64,000 nt of DNA from positions 64,001 through 128,000 of the IMG/VR virus record IMGVR_UViG_3300044733_003647. One strand, written 5' to 3'. Under the pieces are notes generated by a model. That model made no database searches. It saw nothing but the letters and a program-made list of their open reading frames with translations, and had not been told where the DNA came from. How positions within the stretch are numbered: position 1 is the first letter of the stretch; each line of letters opens with the position of its first letter. A program made the translations under genes and the position numbers. Source of the DNA: a virus. Below, piece after piece: positions 19,350 to 30,248 of the stretch.

Positions 19350-20363
19350 ATGGCAATAACATTAGACGGATCCTCTGGATTAGTATTACCATCTTGGGCT
19401 ACTGCTGGTCGCCCGAGTAATCCTCAAAATGGTCAAATGGGATTGAATACAACATTGGGGTATATAGAGTGGTACAATCAAGCTTATGGATCATGGCAGG
19501 GAATTTTTCAGGGTCTCAATTATGCTATAAATTATCTAGTTGTCGCAGGCGGCGGTGCTGGAGGTGGTGCTGGTTCCACTTGGGCATCGGCAGGCGGCGG
19601 CGGCGCCGGCGGTTATCGTACTGGAACACTTGGTGTAACTAGTCAAACTAATTATACCATTGTAGTTGGAGCTGGTGGCACATCTACATCAGTATATGGT
19701 GGAGGCACAGCTGGCAGTAATTCTTCATTAACAACAGACATAGTTTCAGCTGGCGGCGGCGGAGGTAGTGGTTTTAATGGTGCTGGAAGTACCGGTGGAT
19801 CTGGTGGCGGTGGCGGTGGATATACAAGTGCTCCAGGCACAAGTACGGGATATACCGGTAATATTCCAGTAACATCACCATCACAAGGTAACAATGGTGG
19901 AAATGGGTCTGGTGGAAATGGGTCTGGATCATCTGCCGGTGGTGGTGGCGGTGGATCTGGCGCAGTAGGTTCAAATTCAGCTAGCACCAGCGTAGGTGGT
20001 GCTGGTGGAGCCGGTACAGCTTCAACAATCACTGGATCATCTGTAACCTATGCTGCAGGCGGAGGCGGTGGAGCAGGTGGAACTGGTGGAGCAGGTGGAT
20101 CATCTATAGGGGGTGCCGGCGGATCTGGTAATAGTAACGGAAGTGCATCACCTGCTCCAAATACTGGTAGCGGTGGCGGAGGAGGTGGCGGCGGTGCCAG
20201 TGGTGGTGGAACATTGGGCGGATCTGGTAGTTCAGGTATTGTAATTGTTTCGTATGCTAGTACAGCTCAAAGAGGTACTGGAGGAATAGTTTCAACATAT
20301 GTGTCTGCTAATACTACCTATTGGGTACACACTTTTACCTCATCTGGAACATATACAGCATAA
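19350..20363 (+). CDS. Glycine-rich virion protein
   Basis: YLVVAGGGAGG...YTIVVGAGG...GSSGIVIV...HTFTSSGT glycine-rich domain. Confidence 0.75.
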   Translation: MAITLDGSSGLVLPSWATAGRPSNPQNGQMGLNTTLGYIEWYNQAYGSWQGIFQGLNYAINYLVVAGGGAGGGAGSTWASAGGGGAGGYRTGTLGVTSQTNYTIVVGAGGTSTSVYGGGTAGSNSSLTTDIVSAGGGGGSGFNGAGSTGGSGGGGGGYTSAPGTSTGYTGNIPVTSPSQGNNGGNGSGGNGSGSSAGGGGGGSGAVGSNSASTSVGGAGGAGTASTITGSSVTYAAGGGGGAGGTGGAGGSSIGGAGGSGNSNGSASPAPNTGSGGGGGGGGASGGGTLGGSGSSGIVIVSYASTAQRGTGGIVSTYVSANTTYWVHTFTSSGTYTA

Positions 20364-20373
20364 ACGAAATAAA

Positions 20374-21162
20374 ATGGGAATTAATATAGGCCGAGGAATT
20401 AATGTTGGTGGTGGATTAACATTTGGTTATTCTCCGTCACCCATTTCAGTTGAATATTTAATTGTTGCTGGTGCCGGTGGCGGCGGCGGCCGTGGAGTTA
20501 ATGTAGGAGGCGGTGGCGGCGGAGCCGGTGGTTTATTAACTGGTATGGATTTTTTTAATTTCGATCAATCTTACGCAATTATTGTTGGTGCTGGCGGCGC
20601 CGGTGCGGCGTTCAACACTAACGGAACTTCTGGGCAAAACTCATCATTTAACACAGTATCGGCAATTGGTGGTGGATTTGGTGCAATATTTGGACCCGCA
20701 GGAAACGGCGGAAGTGGAGGTGGTGTTAGTGGTGCAAATCAAACCGCTGGTTCAGGCACCGCTGGCCAAGGAAATAACGGTTCTATAGGAGCAGGCACGA
20801 TTGGAGTAACACCCTGTACCGGCGGTGGAGGAGGAGGTGCGGGTTCTGCGGCTAGCGGCCGCATTGGAGGTACAGGTTTAACAAATAGTATATCTGGATC
20901 TTCAGTAACATATGCAGTCGGCGGCGATGGTGGTAACACAGGAGGAGCAGGTAATACTTCAGGAGCTTCCAATACAGGCAATGCTGGTCGTGGATCGGAC
21001 GGCGATGCATCTTTATCGGGTAGCGGTGGATCCGGCATCGTAATTATAAGATATTCTGATACATTGCCAGCAGCTAAGAGCACAACCGGTAGCCCCACAA
21101 TTTCTGTGTCGGGTGGATATAGAATATATACTTTTACAGGATCAGGTAGTATTACATTTTAA
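20374..21162 (+). CDS. Glycine-rich virion protein
   Basis: VEYLIVAGAGGGG...GGSGIVIIRY...YRIYTFTGSGSITF; ATG at 20374. Confidence 0.75.
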   Translation: MGINIGRGINVGGGLTFGYSPSPISVEYLIVAGAGGGGGRGVNVGGGGGGAGGLLTGMDFFNFDQSYAIIVGAGGAGAAFNTNGTSGQNSSFNTVSAIGGGFGAIFGPAGNGGSGGGVSGANQTAGSGTAGQGNNGSIGAGTIGVTPCTGGGGGGAGSAASGRIGGTGLTNSISGSSVTYAVGGDGGNTGGAGNTSGASNTGNAGRGSDGDASLSGSGGSGIVIIRYSDTLPAAKSTTGSPTISVSGGYRIYTFTGSGSITF

Positions 21163-21173
21163 GAGGTTAAAAA

Positions 21174-21551
21174 ATGGCACATTTTGCACAATTGGATGAA
21201 AATAATATTGTCACACAAGTAATCGTAGTAAACAACCAAGAATTATTGGATGAGAGCAATGTCGAGCAAGAAGAAAAAGGTATTGTTTTTTGCCAATCAC
21301 TTTTGGGTGGTAATTGGAAACAAACAAGTTACAATGCAAACATAAGAAAAAATTATGCAGGTGTAGGTTACACATATGATGTTGAAAGAGATGCTTTTAT
21401 TCCACCAAAACCATATGCATATGCATCTTGGATTTTGAATGAAGATACATGCAGATGGGAAGCACCAATTGCTTATCCAGAAGATGGCAAAGCATACACA
21501 TGGAACGAAGAAACTGTTTCTTGGCAAGAAGTGATTCTAGATTTAGAATAA
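21174..21551 (+). CDS. Fibre-associated small protein (putative assembly chaperone)
   Basis: MAHFAQLDENNIVTQVIVV...WKQTSYN..RKNYAGVGYTYD...WEAP, which typically follows Gly-rich fibre genes. Confidence 0.65.
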   Translation: MAHFAQLDENNIVTQVIVVNNQELLDESNVEQEEKGIVFCQSLLGGNWKQTSYNANIRKNYAGVGYTYDVERDAFIPPKPYAYASWILNEDTCRWEAPIAYPEDGKAYTWNEETVSWQEVILDLE

Positions 21552-21578
21552 ATACTTTATTTAAAAGACATTTAAAAC

Positions 21579-24500
21579 ATGCCACTAACTAGAATTCAAC
21601 CGCAAGGTTTAGATAGCACTGGAACTTATACATTCAATGGTATTATAGCAAACACTGCTATTGTTGCTGGTAATGATATCTCTTCTGGTGGCGGACCTAA
21701 AATAACAAATATACAGGTAACCGATAGTTCATACAATGTATTGGATGATACATCTGTAAGTACATCTGGTGGTTACATTAAAATTACAGGCACAGGCTTT
21801 GCATCTGGTTGTCAAGTATTAATTAATAATACTCCAGTAACATCAGTAACTTTTGTAAGTGCGACAGAAGTTAGGGCACAAGTTCCTGCAACCTCGGCCG
21901 GAACATATGTTGTTTATTTGGTAAACAGCGATGGTGGCGTAGCAATACGGGTTAATGGTATTACATTTAGTGGCACACCTAATTGGGTAACATCAAGCAC
22001 ACTTCCAAATAGTGATCCGTTAGTATCCATTCAATTGAGTGCAACAAGTGATAGTGCAGTTGTATATTCATTGGCCGCAGGCAGCACTTTACCTACTGGT
22101 ATAACACTTTCAAGTGGTGGTTTGTTGAGTGGAACTGTAACAGGAACAGATCAAACAACTTATAATTTTACTATAAATGCAATTGACGCAGAGTTGCAAG
22201 ATAGCCCAAGAACATTTAGCATAACGATAACTTTTAGTGATTTAAACTTTCCTTATGTAACTACTTTGATTAGTGCAAACACTGCAACTTTGCCATACGA
22301 CAGTGATGCCAGTAATAATAATTTTGCAATAACACCAAATGGTGATGTTAGACCGAACGGCTTTAATCCATATACACCTGGCTACTATAGTAATTATTTT
22401 GATGGTACTGGTGATTATTTGACTGTTCCGAGTACATCAAGTTTATCTATGGGCACTGGTGATTTTTGTATTGAAATGTGGATTTACCCAACCGCATTGT
22501 CCGCTACATCACAAGTACTGTATGCAAATTTTTCTGCTGGCACCACTCAAATGGGTGTTTTTATTAGAAACACAAGCACCATTCGTTTTTCAAGTTGGGA
22601 TACTGCGTATTTGGATAGTGCTTCCGGAAGTATTGTAAATAATATATGGCATCATATTGTTGTTTGCAGGGCTACGACTACTACATCATTGTTTATAAAT
22701 GGTGTTAGGGCTGCAACTGCGACAGGTGCTTCAAATGATTTTTCATCCAGTTCTGCTTTTTCAATTGGTCGTAATCCAAATAATACTGAATTTTTTCCCG
22801 GTTACATATCTAATCTTCGGGTTATAAAAGGCAGCGCTCTATATAACCCTTCTAGCACTACAATTACAGTCCCGACGACACCATTGACTGCTATAGCCAA
22901 CACCAGCTTACTAACCTGCCAAAGTAATGGATTTATTGACAACAGCACAAACGCATTTACTATCACACGCAATGGTGACACACTGGTATCAGGATTTGAT
23001 CCGTTTGTACCCGACACCAGCTACGGTACCTATGGAAGCACTTACTTTGATGGCACTGGTGATTATCTAGCACCCGCAACTAATTCTGCTTTCGCATTTG
23101 GCACAGGCGATTTTACTTTTGAATGCTGGATTTATGCTACTACTGCTAATGATTCTCCAATTTATGAGAGCCGTTCAACAAACTCAACCACAGATGGATT
23201 TACTGTAACGGCATTTTCTTCAACTGTAATTAGAGTTTATACAACAGCAGTACTTGTTTCTGCTACCGTTTCTAACTATGTAAATACATGGACACATGTC
23301 GCATTTACACGACAGGGTAGCACCAACCGTTTATTTGTAAATGGTGTACTTGGTGCAACGGCAACAGCCGCTGACAACTTTAGTAATACTACTGCATTCA
23401 TTGGTGCAGGACGATACGCAAGTAGTAGTTTATCTGCTTACTTTACAGGATACATCTCTGATGCTAGGATAGTAAAAGGTACAGCAGTCTATACCTCAGC
23501 GTTTACTCCACCTACAACACCATTAACCGCAATAGCCAACACAAGTTTGTTGACCTGCCAAACCAATCAACCCGATAATAACAATATATTATTAGATTCC
23601 AGCACCAACAACTTCTTAATTACAAGAAACGGTAATACCACACAAGGCACATTTAGCCCATATGGTCCGTTATGGAGTAACTACTTTGATGGTACTGGTG
23701 ATTATTTAACAATTCCTTACAGTGCATCTATGGTTCAGTGGTGGGACACTGATTACACCATTGAAATGTGGGTGTATAATGTTACCAACTCACAAACATC
23801 TAATGGCTTTCCCCTTCAAGTTGCTTACGGACTCCCTGCCCAAGCTGATACTTATTGGTCATTCGGTACTCTTACTAATGGTACACTAATGTTCTATTAT
23901 TATAACGGAGGCGCAGTAACATCAGCAGTTAGTAGTGCTACAGTGCCTTTGAATACTTGGACGCATGTTGCGATGGTTTATACTAATTCAAGCACGACTC
24001 TTAAAGGTTACATTAACGGAGTTCAAGCATTTTCAGTATCAAAATCCGGCACGCCTCAGGGTCCTTCGGGGCAGACTGTAAACTTGGGGGCAGTACAATC
24101 TACAGGATACAATGGTTATATTTCAAATCTTCGTATAGTAAGAGGTACGGCAGTATATACCTCAGCATTTACTCCAAGTACTTCACCACTAACTGCCATA
24201 GCCAATACCAGTTTACTAACTTGCACAGATAATAGATTCGTAGACGATAGCCCAAACAATTTTACCATCACCCGTAACGGCGATGTTAGTGTACAAAGAT
24301 TTAGTCCTTTTAGTCCACAGACAGTCACTACTTTTTATAGTGGTTATTTTGATGGTACTGGAGATTGGCTAGTTACAACAACATCTCCTGCAACATTGTC
24401 TGGAAGTTTTACTATAGAAGGATGGGTTTATATAACATCTTTAGCAGCTGGCAGAAGCCTAGTGTGTGTAGGCGACGACAATACTTCAACTGGCGCCTTG

Positions 24501-26138
24501 TTTTTTGTAAACACATCTGGAAGATTAGCAATTTTTGGAAACGGTGGTAATATTTTAGTTGGTACTTCACAGACTGTGGCAGTAAATACTTGGAATCATA
24601 TTGCATTTGTTCGATCATCAGGTACAATAACAGCATATCTTAATGGAGTTGCAGATTCAACTACAGCATCTAACAGTACAGCATTTACAGGTGCAAACAG
24701 AATTGGTGGAGAATTATTTGCTGGAAATGCCGGTGGTACTATAATGTTGGGTTATATCTCTAACTATAGATTAGTAAATGGAACCGCAGTATATACCTCA
24801 GCATTCACTCCACCTACTCAACCATTAACTGCAATATCCGGTACAAGTTTACTAACATGTCAAAGTGCAACTTTTATAGACAATTCAACTAATAACTTTA
24901 CTATTACAGTTGCTGGTAACACCACACCAACAACAGTTGCACCATTTACACCCACAGCAACAACAGGAGTTGCTTACTCACCAAGTGTGTATGGTGGTAG
25001 TATGTATTTTGATGGTAGTGGAGACTATTTAACTGTTCCGCCCAGCACAACAACATATTTGTCTAATAGAGCATTCACCATTGAAGCATGGGTTTATCTC
25101 AATGCGAACTATGTAGTATTAGTATCTCGTCGAGCAGAGGTTTCAGCTCGTGGATTTTTCCTTACATATGGTAACATTACAGATAACAAATTCACTTTTT
25201 ATGCTGGTGATACTGATGGTGGTTTTTGGAATGTGCAGTTGACTTCAACAGATACTTTTTCTTTGAGACAATGGCACCATGTTGTAATAACTAGAAATTC
25301 CAGTAATGTATTCACTCTATGGGTCAATGGGGTATCTCAAGCAACTGGTACTGCTTCATTTACTATAGCAGATGACACAAGCAACTTGTTAATTGGTGCC
25401 ATAGACAGCGGAAATGCACCAATGAACGGATATATTTCCAATCTACGAATTATAACAGGTCAAGCACTTTACACCAGCAATTTTGCACCCCCTGTTAGTC
25501 CACTAATAGCAATTCAAAACAGTGTTTTACTGTTAAATGGTACCAGTGCAGGCGTTTATGACAGTTCTATGATGAACGATTATGAAACCGTGGGCAATAG
25601 TAACTTGGTAACAAGCATTAAAAAATACGGCAACAGTAGTTTATATTTTGATGGCACTGGGGATTATTTGGCTACAAACAGTACACTAATAACAAATTTT
25701 GGAGCAAGACCGTTTACTATAGAATCTTGGGTATATTTTAATTCTGTGTCAGGTACTCGATATATAATGTCAACTTATCAAGATTCAGGCACAGGCTGGG
25801 CCCTTGGTTTATTCAACTCAAAGTTTAATTTTTGGGCAACAGGAGACGGGGCAGATATTGTTGGCACAACCACTCCTGTTATTAACACATGGTATCACTT
25901 GGCAGTATCGGGCCAAACAGGATCAATAAAACTTTTTGTAAACGGAATTCAAGAAGGATCTACATATACTGGCGCAACAGCATTAAACTCTACATCCACT
26001 TTGCGTGTTGGCGACGGAGCAGGTGCCGCAGCCGGCCAAGCCTTAAACGGCTATCTAGACGATGTTCGTATCACCCGCGGTGCGGCCCGTTACACTGCAA
26101 ACTTTACCCCACCTAGCAGTCCCTTTATAACCAAATAA
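21579..26138 (+). CDS. Large adhesin: IPT/TIG and Ig-like domains plus about six LamG/concanavalin-like domains
   Basis: Repeated SxYFDGTGDYL...FTIE.W.Y...W.H.A..R...GYISNLR. Confidence 0.85.
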   Translation: MPLTRIQPQGLDSTGTYTFNGIIANTAIVAGNDISSGGGPKITNIQVTDSSYNVLDDTSVSTSGGYIKITGTGFASGCQVLINNTPVTSVTFVSATEVRAQVPATSAGTYVVYLVNSDGGVAIRVNGITFSGTPNWVTSSTLPNSDPLVSIQLSATSDSAVVYSLAAGSTLPTGITLSSGGLLSGTVTGTDQTTYNFTINAIDAELQDSPRTFSITITFSDLNFPYVTTLISANTATLPYDSDASNNNFAITPNGDVRPNGFNPYTPGYYSNYFDGTGDYLTVPSTSSLSMGTGDFCIEMWIYPTALSATSQVLYANFSAGTTQMGVFIRNTSTIRFSSWDTAYLDSASGSIVNNIWHHIVVCRATTTTSLFINGVRAATATGASNDFSSSSAFSIGRNPNNTEFFPGYISNLRVIKGSALYNPSSTTITVPTTPLTAIANTSLLTCQSNGFIDNSTNAFTITRNGDTLVSGFDPFVPDTSYGTYGSTYFDGTGDYLAPATNSAFAFGTGDFTFECWIYATTANDSPIYESRSTNSTTDGFTVTAFSSTVIRVYTTAVLVSATVSNYVNTWTHVAFTRQGSTNRLFVNGVLGATATAADNFSNTTAFIGAGRYASSSLSAYFTGYISDARIVKGTAVYTSAFTPPTTPLTAIANTSLLTCQTNQPDNNNILLDSSTNNFLITRNGNTTQGTFSPYGPLWSNYFDGTGDYLTIPYSASMVQWWDTDYTIEMWVYNVTNSQTSNGFPLQVAYGLPAQADTYWSFGTLTNGTLMFYYYNGGAVTSAVSSATVPLNTWTHVAMVYTNSSTTLKGYINGVQAFSVSKSGTPQGPSGQTVNLGAVQSTGYNGYISNLRIVRGTAVYTSAFTPSTSPLTAIANTSLLTCTDNRFVDDSPNNFTITRNGDVSVQRFSPFSPQTVTTFYSGYFDGTGDWLVTTTSPATLSGSFTIEGWVYITSLAAGRSLVCVGDDNTSTGALFFVNTSGRLAIFGNGGNILVGTSQTVAVNTWNHIAFVRSSGTITAYLNGVADSTTASNSTAFTGANRIGGELFAGNAGGTIMLGYISNYRLVNGTAVYTSAFTPPTQPLTAISGTSLLTCQSATFIDNSTNNFTITVAGNTTPTTVAPFTPTATTGVAYSPSVYGGSMYFDGSGDYLTVPPSTTTYLSNRAFTIEAWVYLNANYVVLVSRRAEVSARGFFLTYGNITDNKFTFYAGDTDGGFWNVQLTSTDTFSLRQWHHVVITRNSSNVFTLWVNGVSQATGTASFTIADDTSNLLIGAIDSGNAPMNGYISNLRIITGQALYTSNFAPPVSPLIAIQNSVLLLNGTSAGVYDSSMMNDYETVGNSNLVTSIKKYGNSSLYFDGTGDYLATNSTLITNFGARPFTIESWVYFNSVSGTRYIMSTYQDSGTGWALGLFNSKFNFWATGDGADIVGTTTPVINTWYHLAVSGQTGSIKLFVNGIQEGSTYTGATALNSTSTLRVGDGAGAAAGQALNGYLDDVRITRGAARYTANFTPPSSPFITK

Positions 26139-26160
26139 ATAGTCCATAAAGGACAAAAAA

Positions 26161-26934
26161 ATGGCCACAATAACAACAAGAGCAGATTTCAAAGATTATT
26201 GTCTAAGACGTTTGGGTTTTCCTGTCATCGAAATCAATATTGATGATGACCAGGTGGAAGATCGTATCGATGATGCATTACAGTATTGGCAAGACTATCA
26301 TTTTGACGGTCTGCAAAAATTATACTTCATCAAACGAATCGATCAAACCGATATTGACAATCATTATTTGGATCTTAGTCAAGCCAGAGACACCGCAAAC
26401 AACGTTTCGGAAATTACTGGTGTGACCAGAATATTTCCAATGTATGATTCTCAAGCATCGATTAACATGTTCGACTTGAGATATCAGTTGCGTCTAAACG
26501 AATTGTATGACTTTACTTCCGCATCATACATTAACTACACAATGACGATGCAACATCTACGTATGTTGGAACAGTTATTCGTTGGTGAAGTTCCTATCCG
26601 TTATCAAAGACATATGCAAAAACTGTTTATTGATTGGGCTTGGGGATCCTCGCAAGCACCAGTTGGTACAGTAGTTGTTGTTGAGTGTTATGGTTTAATT
26701 GATCCTGGTGCGTATGGTAGAGTCTGGAATGATCGTTGGTTAAAAGAATATGCAACTGCACTCATCAAGAGAAGTTGGGGCAATAATCTGAAGAAGTTTG
26801 CCGGTGTTCAATTACCAGGCGGCGTAACTTTGAACGGAGATAAAATATACACCGAAGCTGTAGATGAAATAAAGATGCTGGAAGCCGACATGGAAAAGAA
26901 TTATGGTGGTATTTTGGAATTCTATTTGAATTAA
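26161..26934 (+). CDS. gp13: Neck protein gp13
   Basis: DYCLRRLGFPVIEINIDDDQVEDRIDDALQY...WLKEYATALIK..WG.NL.KF..LPGGVTLNG. Confidence 0.92.
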   Translation: MATITTRADFKDYCLRRLGFPVIEINIDDDQVEDRIDDALQYWQDYHFDGLQKLYFIKRIDQTDIDNHYLDLSQARDTANNVSEITGVTRIFPMYDSQASINMFDLRYQLRLNELYDFTSASYINYTMTMQHLRMLEQLFVGEVPIRYQRHMQKLFIDWAWGSSQAPVGTVVVVECYGLIDPGAYGRVWNDRWLKEYATALIKRSWGNNLKKFAGVQLPGGVTLNGDKIYTEAVDEIKMLEADMEKNYGGILEFYLN

Positions 26935-26935
26935 T

Positions 26936-27493
26936 ATGAAGCATAAACACCATATAATTCCAAAACACATGGGAGGAACAGATGATCCTTCCAATTTAAT
27001 TGAGCTCACTGTTGAAGAACATGCAGACGCTCACCGTTTATTATGGGAAAAATATGGTAATTGGCAAGACAATGTTGCTTGGAAAGCTTTAAGTGGTCAC
27101 ATTGGTAAAGAAGATATTATACACATGATTCATAAAAATATGAATAAAGGCAGAATACCGACATTGGAAACCAGAGAAAAAATGGCACTCGCTAAAAGAG
27201 GCAAAAAAATATCTAAAGAACATGCGAAAGCCCTACACAATGGTAGAAAAAACTCAAAAAATAGTGAAGAACATTTAAAAATATTGTCGAATGCCAATAA
27301 AGGCAAAACAATATCAGAAGAACAAATAAAAAAATCAATTGAAACAAGAAAAAAAAATAACGACACTTCTAAAATTTCAAGTATAGCTGGAAAAGCAAGT
27401 GCGGAAAAATATAAAAATGATCCTATCCGTCAACAAGCACACTCACAAAGAATGAAAAAGTGGTGGAATGAAAGAAGAAAGGTAGGAACCTAA
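26936..27493 (+). mobile_element. Free-standing HNH homing endonuclease with NUMOD3-like repeats
   Basis: HKHHIIPKHMGGTDDPSNLIELTVEEHADAH; ETREKMALAKRGK..SKEH. Confidence 0.85.
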
Positions 27494-27494
27494 A

Positions 27495-28379
27495 ATTGCG
27501 ACCTCGGTGTACTTTAACAACTACAACTCGATTGCAGAACAACGGGTTGTTGAAGACTTAATAGTTGAGTCGATAAAAATTATGGGATTTGACTCCTATT
27601 ACTGCCCAATCTTCAATGAAGAAGATAGAGATATACTGTATGGCGAAGATCCAGTTAAAAAATTCAAGTCTGCTTTCCCTGTCGAATTCTATCTTTCAAA
27701 TGCTTTGGAGTATATGGGAGACAAAGAGTTCTTTACCAAGTTTGGTTTAGAAATACGAAACAACGCAAACGTTATCATATCAAAGCGTTCGTTCTCTCAA
27801 CGTGTTCCACAGAACGTATTTACAAGACCACGTGAAGGTGATTTGATTTATGTACCTTTCTTAAATGGTACTGGTGAATTGTTTGAGATTAAGTTCGTGA
27901 ATCAAACAAAAGACTTCTTCACATTAGGTCGCAAGATTCCATTCTTCTATGAACTGGAACTTGAGAAGTTTAAGTATTCTCAAGAAGTTATCGATACCGG
28001 TATTGCTGATATTGATGATGTTGTGACACAATCTAGTTACACAATCGATCTGACAGTTCGTAACGGAAATGCAATAAACTATTCACAAAAAGAAATTGTG
28101 TATCAATCTAGTGATCAAACACTGGCAAATGCATCTTCTAGTGCAACTGTACAGAATTGGGATGCATCATCAAATACCATAAGTGTTACAAACATTTATG
28201 GAGAATTTACAGACAACGTTACAATTATTGGTGCAACAAGTAATGCTCGATATATGTTAACAACTTACAATCCTTTGAGAGATAGTACGCCAAATGAAAA
28301 CTATGACAATATGTACATAGAAGATCAGGCAAATAATATTATTGATTTCACGGAAATTAATCCGTTCGGAAAAATTTAA
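27495..28379 (+). CDS. gp14: Neck protein gp14 (probable ATT start; GTG at 27507 is the alternative)
   Basis: (I)ATSVYFNNY...EDLIVESIK..G...FTKFGLEIR...RPREGDLIYVP...NPFG. Confidence 0.9.
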   Translation: MATSVYFNNYNSIAEQRVVEDLIVESIKIMGFDSYYCPIFNEEDRDILYGEDPVKKFKSAFPVEFYLSNALEYMGDKEFFTKFGLEIRNNANVIISKRSFSQRVPQNVFTRPREGDLIYVPFLNGTGELFEIKFVNQTKDFFTLGRKIPFFYELELEKFKYSQEVIDTGIADIDDVVTQSSYTIDLTVRNGNAINYSQKEIVYQSSDQTLANASSSATVQNWDASSNTISVTNIYGEFTDNVTIIGATSNARYMLTTYNPLRDSTPNENYDNMYIEDQANNIIDFTEINPFGKI

Positions 28380-29404
28380 TGGCAGCAATTCAATACAATC
28401 GCATCATACGAAAAATTGTTGTTGGGTTTGGTGACCTATTCAATAATATTACACTGGTGCGTTACGACTCAAATCAAATCGAAAAGGAAAGATTCTTAAT
28501 ACCTATTGCATACGCTTCCAAAGAACGTTATGTGATGCGTTTAGAGGATGATCCAAACCTGGACAAAAAAGTACAGATCGCTTTACCTCGTCTGTCTTTT
28601 GAAATGACTGGGCTTTCTTATGATAGTTCCAGAAAACAAAATACAAACGTTAAGAATTTTGCTTCTAATGCAACTGGAGCAATATCACAATATAATCCAG
28701 TACCATACAATTTTGATTTCAATCTGTATTTGTATGTACGTAATATTGAAGACGCAACTCAAGTTATTGAACATATCGTACCATATTTCACACCGGATTA
28801 TACAGTAAAATTGAATCTGATTCCTGAAATGGGTATCGTGAAAGAAATACCTGTAATTTTAAATTCTACAGATCACGAAATAGTTTATGAAGGTGATAGA
28901 GAACAAGCCACAAGGATGATCATTTGGACTTTAAGGTTCACCGTCAAAGGCTTTATATTTGGTAAACACACAGAAACAAATTTCATTACACATTCTATTT
29001 CTTCAATATACAGTTTAAATTCCACAAATGATGTTGTATCATTTACAATGAATCCAGCCACAGGAAATGGATATTATGGAATAGGAGATGTTGTTTACCA
29101 AGGGTATTCTTTTGGTACAGCCACAGCCACTGCAAAAGTTACACAGTGGATACCTTCTCTAAATATTTTGAGACTGACAGATATAAAAGGTAATTTCAAT
29201 TCAACATCTCCAATTATTTCTGCTCAAACAAATGCAAGTTATACATACACATCGTACTCACCATTCGAAGGCAAGTATGCACAAATTGATACTGCAACTG
29301 CAACATTCGATTTGAATACATATACCATGGACAGCACTGCTGGTGATATTACGATGGACCTGGATTCAGGTAAATATCCATCATCAATAAGGGAATACAA
29401 CTAA
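28379..29404 (+). CDS. gp15: Tail sheath stabiliser/terminator gp15
   Basis: IRKIVVGFGDLFNNI...LPRLSFEM...PVPYN...QVIEHIVPYFTP. Confidence 0.9.
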   Translation: MAAIQYNRIIRKIVVGFGDLFNNITLVRYDSNQIEKERFLIPIAYASKERYVMRLEDDPNLDKKVQIALPRLSFEMTGLSYDSSRKQNTNVKNFASNATGAISQYNPVPYNFDFNLYLYVRNIEDATQVIEHIVPYFTPDYTVKLNLIPEMGIVKEIPVILNSTDHEIVYEGDREQATRMIIWTLRFTVKGFIFGKHTETNFITHSISSIYSLNSTNDVVSFTMNPATGNGYYGIGDVVYQGYSFGTATATAKVTQWIPSLNILRLTDIKGNFNSTSPIISAQTNASYTYTSYSPFEGKYAQIDTATATFDLNTYTMDSTAGDITMDLDSGKYPSSIREYN

Positions 29405-29405
29405 A

Positions 29406-30245
29406 ATGGCTCAAGAAGTAATAAACACAGGAACATTACCAAATGATGGTAAGGGCGATACTTTAAGAATAGCCGGTCAAAAAATAAACAATAACTTTTT
29501 TGAGTTATATAATGTCGGCGCCGTAACAGATAACACAGCCAGACAAAGAGCTAACGCAGCTTTCGATACAGCAAACACAAAAATCGCAAAGGCTGGTGAT
29601 ATTGTTACCGGCTCATTGATTTTTAGAACGAATGCAAATAATGCATATCCAAATACAAGAATAGGTAATATTCAAGAAGCAAACAGTATTGATGTTTTTG
29701 CAGGAAATGAAAATGACTTTGCTCAATTAAATTGGGCAAATACAAATTTTGCAATTGTTGATAGTGTTGGTGTTGTTGCCACTACAGCAAATACTTCTGT
29801 TGAATTGAAAGATGAACAGGAATTAGTTTTAGTCAGAGTAAATACACAGAATTGGTCATTTACTAGTAATGGAAGAGTAACTGTTTTTGATACTTCAACA
29901 GCTGCCAAAACAACTTTGGCTCCAGGTTTTAGAAATGCAATAACAGTAACTTCAAATACACACAACGCATCAAATACAAATGACATTTTATTTTGTGATC
30001 CAACCACTGCGGGTGGCAATGTAGTTGTAAATCTTTCAGCCAACGTAGATGCCGGTAAATGTTATACAATTAAAAATATAAATCCCGGTGGATATAGTGT
30101 CAACGTAAGTGGTACGGAAAGAGCTTACCCATACATAGAAGATCCTGATGCTTTAGGAAATTTTGTGACAAGAGTAAGAATGTCAAACACTGGAGAAGTA
30201 TACACATGGGTTTTTGATTCCGGAGTCTATAGATACATACAATAA
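29406..30245 (+). CDS. Structural protein with gp9/gp10-type N-terminus
   Basis: INTGTLPNDGKGDTLR.AGQKINNNF.ELY. Confidence 0.7.
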   Translation: MAQEVINTGTLPNDGKGDTLRIAGQKINNNFFELYNVGAVTDNTARQRANAAFDTANTKIAKAGDIVTGSLIFRTNANNAYPNTRIGNIQEANSIDVFAGNENDFAQLNWANTNFAIVDSVGVVATTANTSVELKDEQELVLVRVNTQNWSFTSNGRVTVFDTSTAAKTTLAPGFRNAITVTSNTHNASNTNDILFCDPTTAGGNVVVNLSANVDAGKCYTIKNINPGGYSVNVSGTERAYPYIEDPDALGNFVTRVRMSNTGEVYTWVFDSGVYRYIQ

Positions 30246-30248
30246 AAT

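Noticed and set aside
11213-26138. Diversity-generating retroelement suggested by Mtd_N-like fibre N-termini and repeats
   Set aside because: No reverse transcriptase in the window, and no repeat pair I examined differs specifically at adenines; the repeats are in-frame coding duplications.
26936-27494. Group I intron around the HNH gene
   Set aside because: The ORF fills the gp13-gp14 gap with about 1 nt either side, leaving no room for a ribozyme core; both flanking genes are intact.
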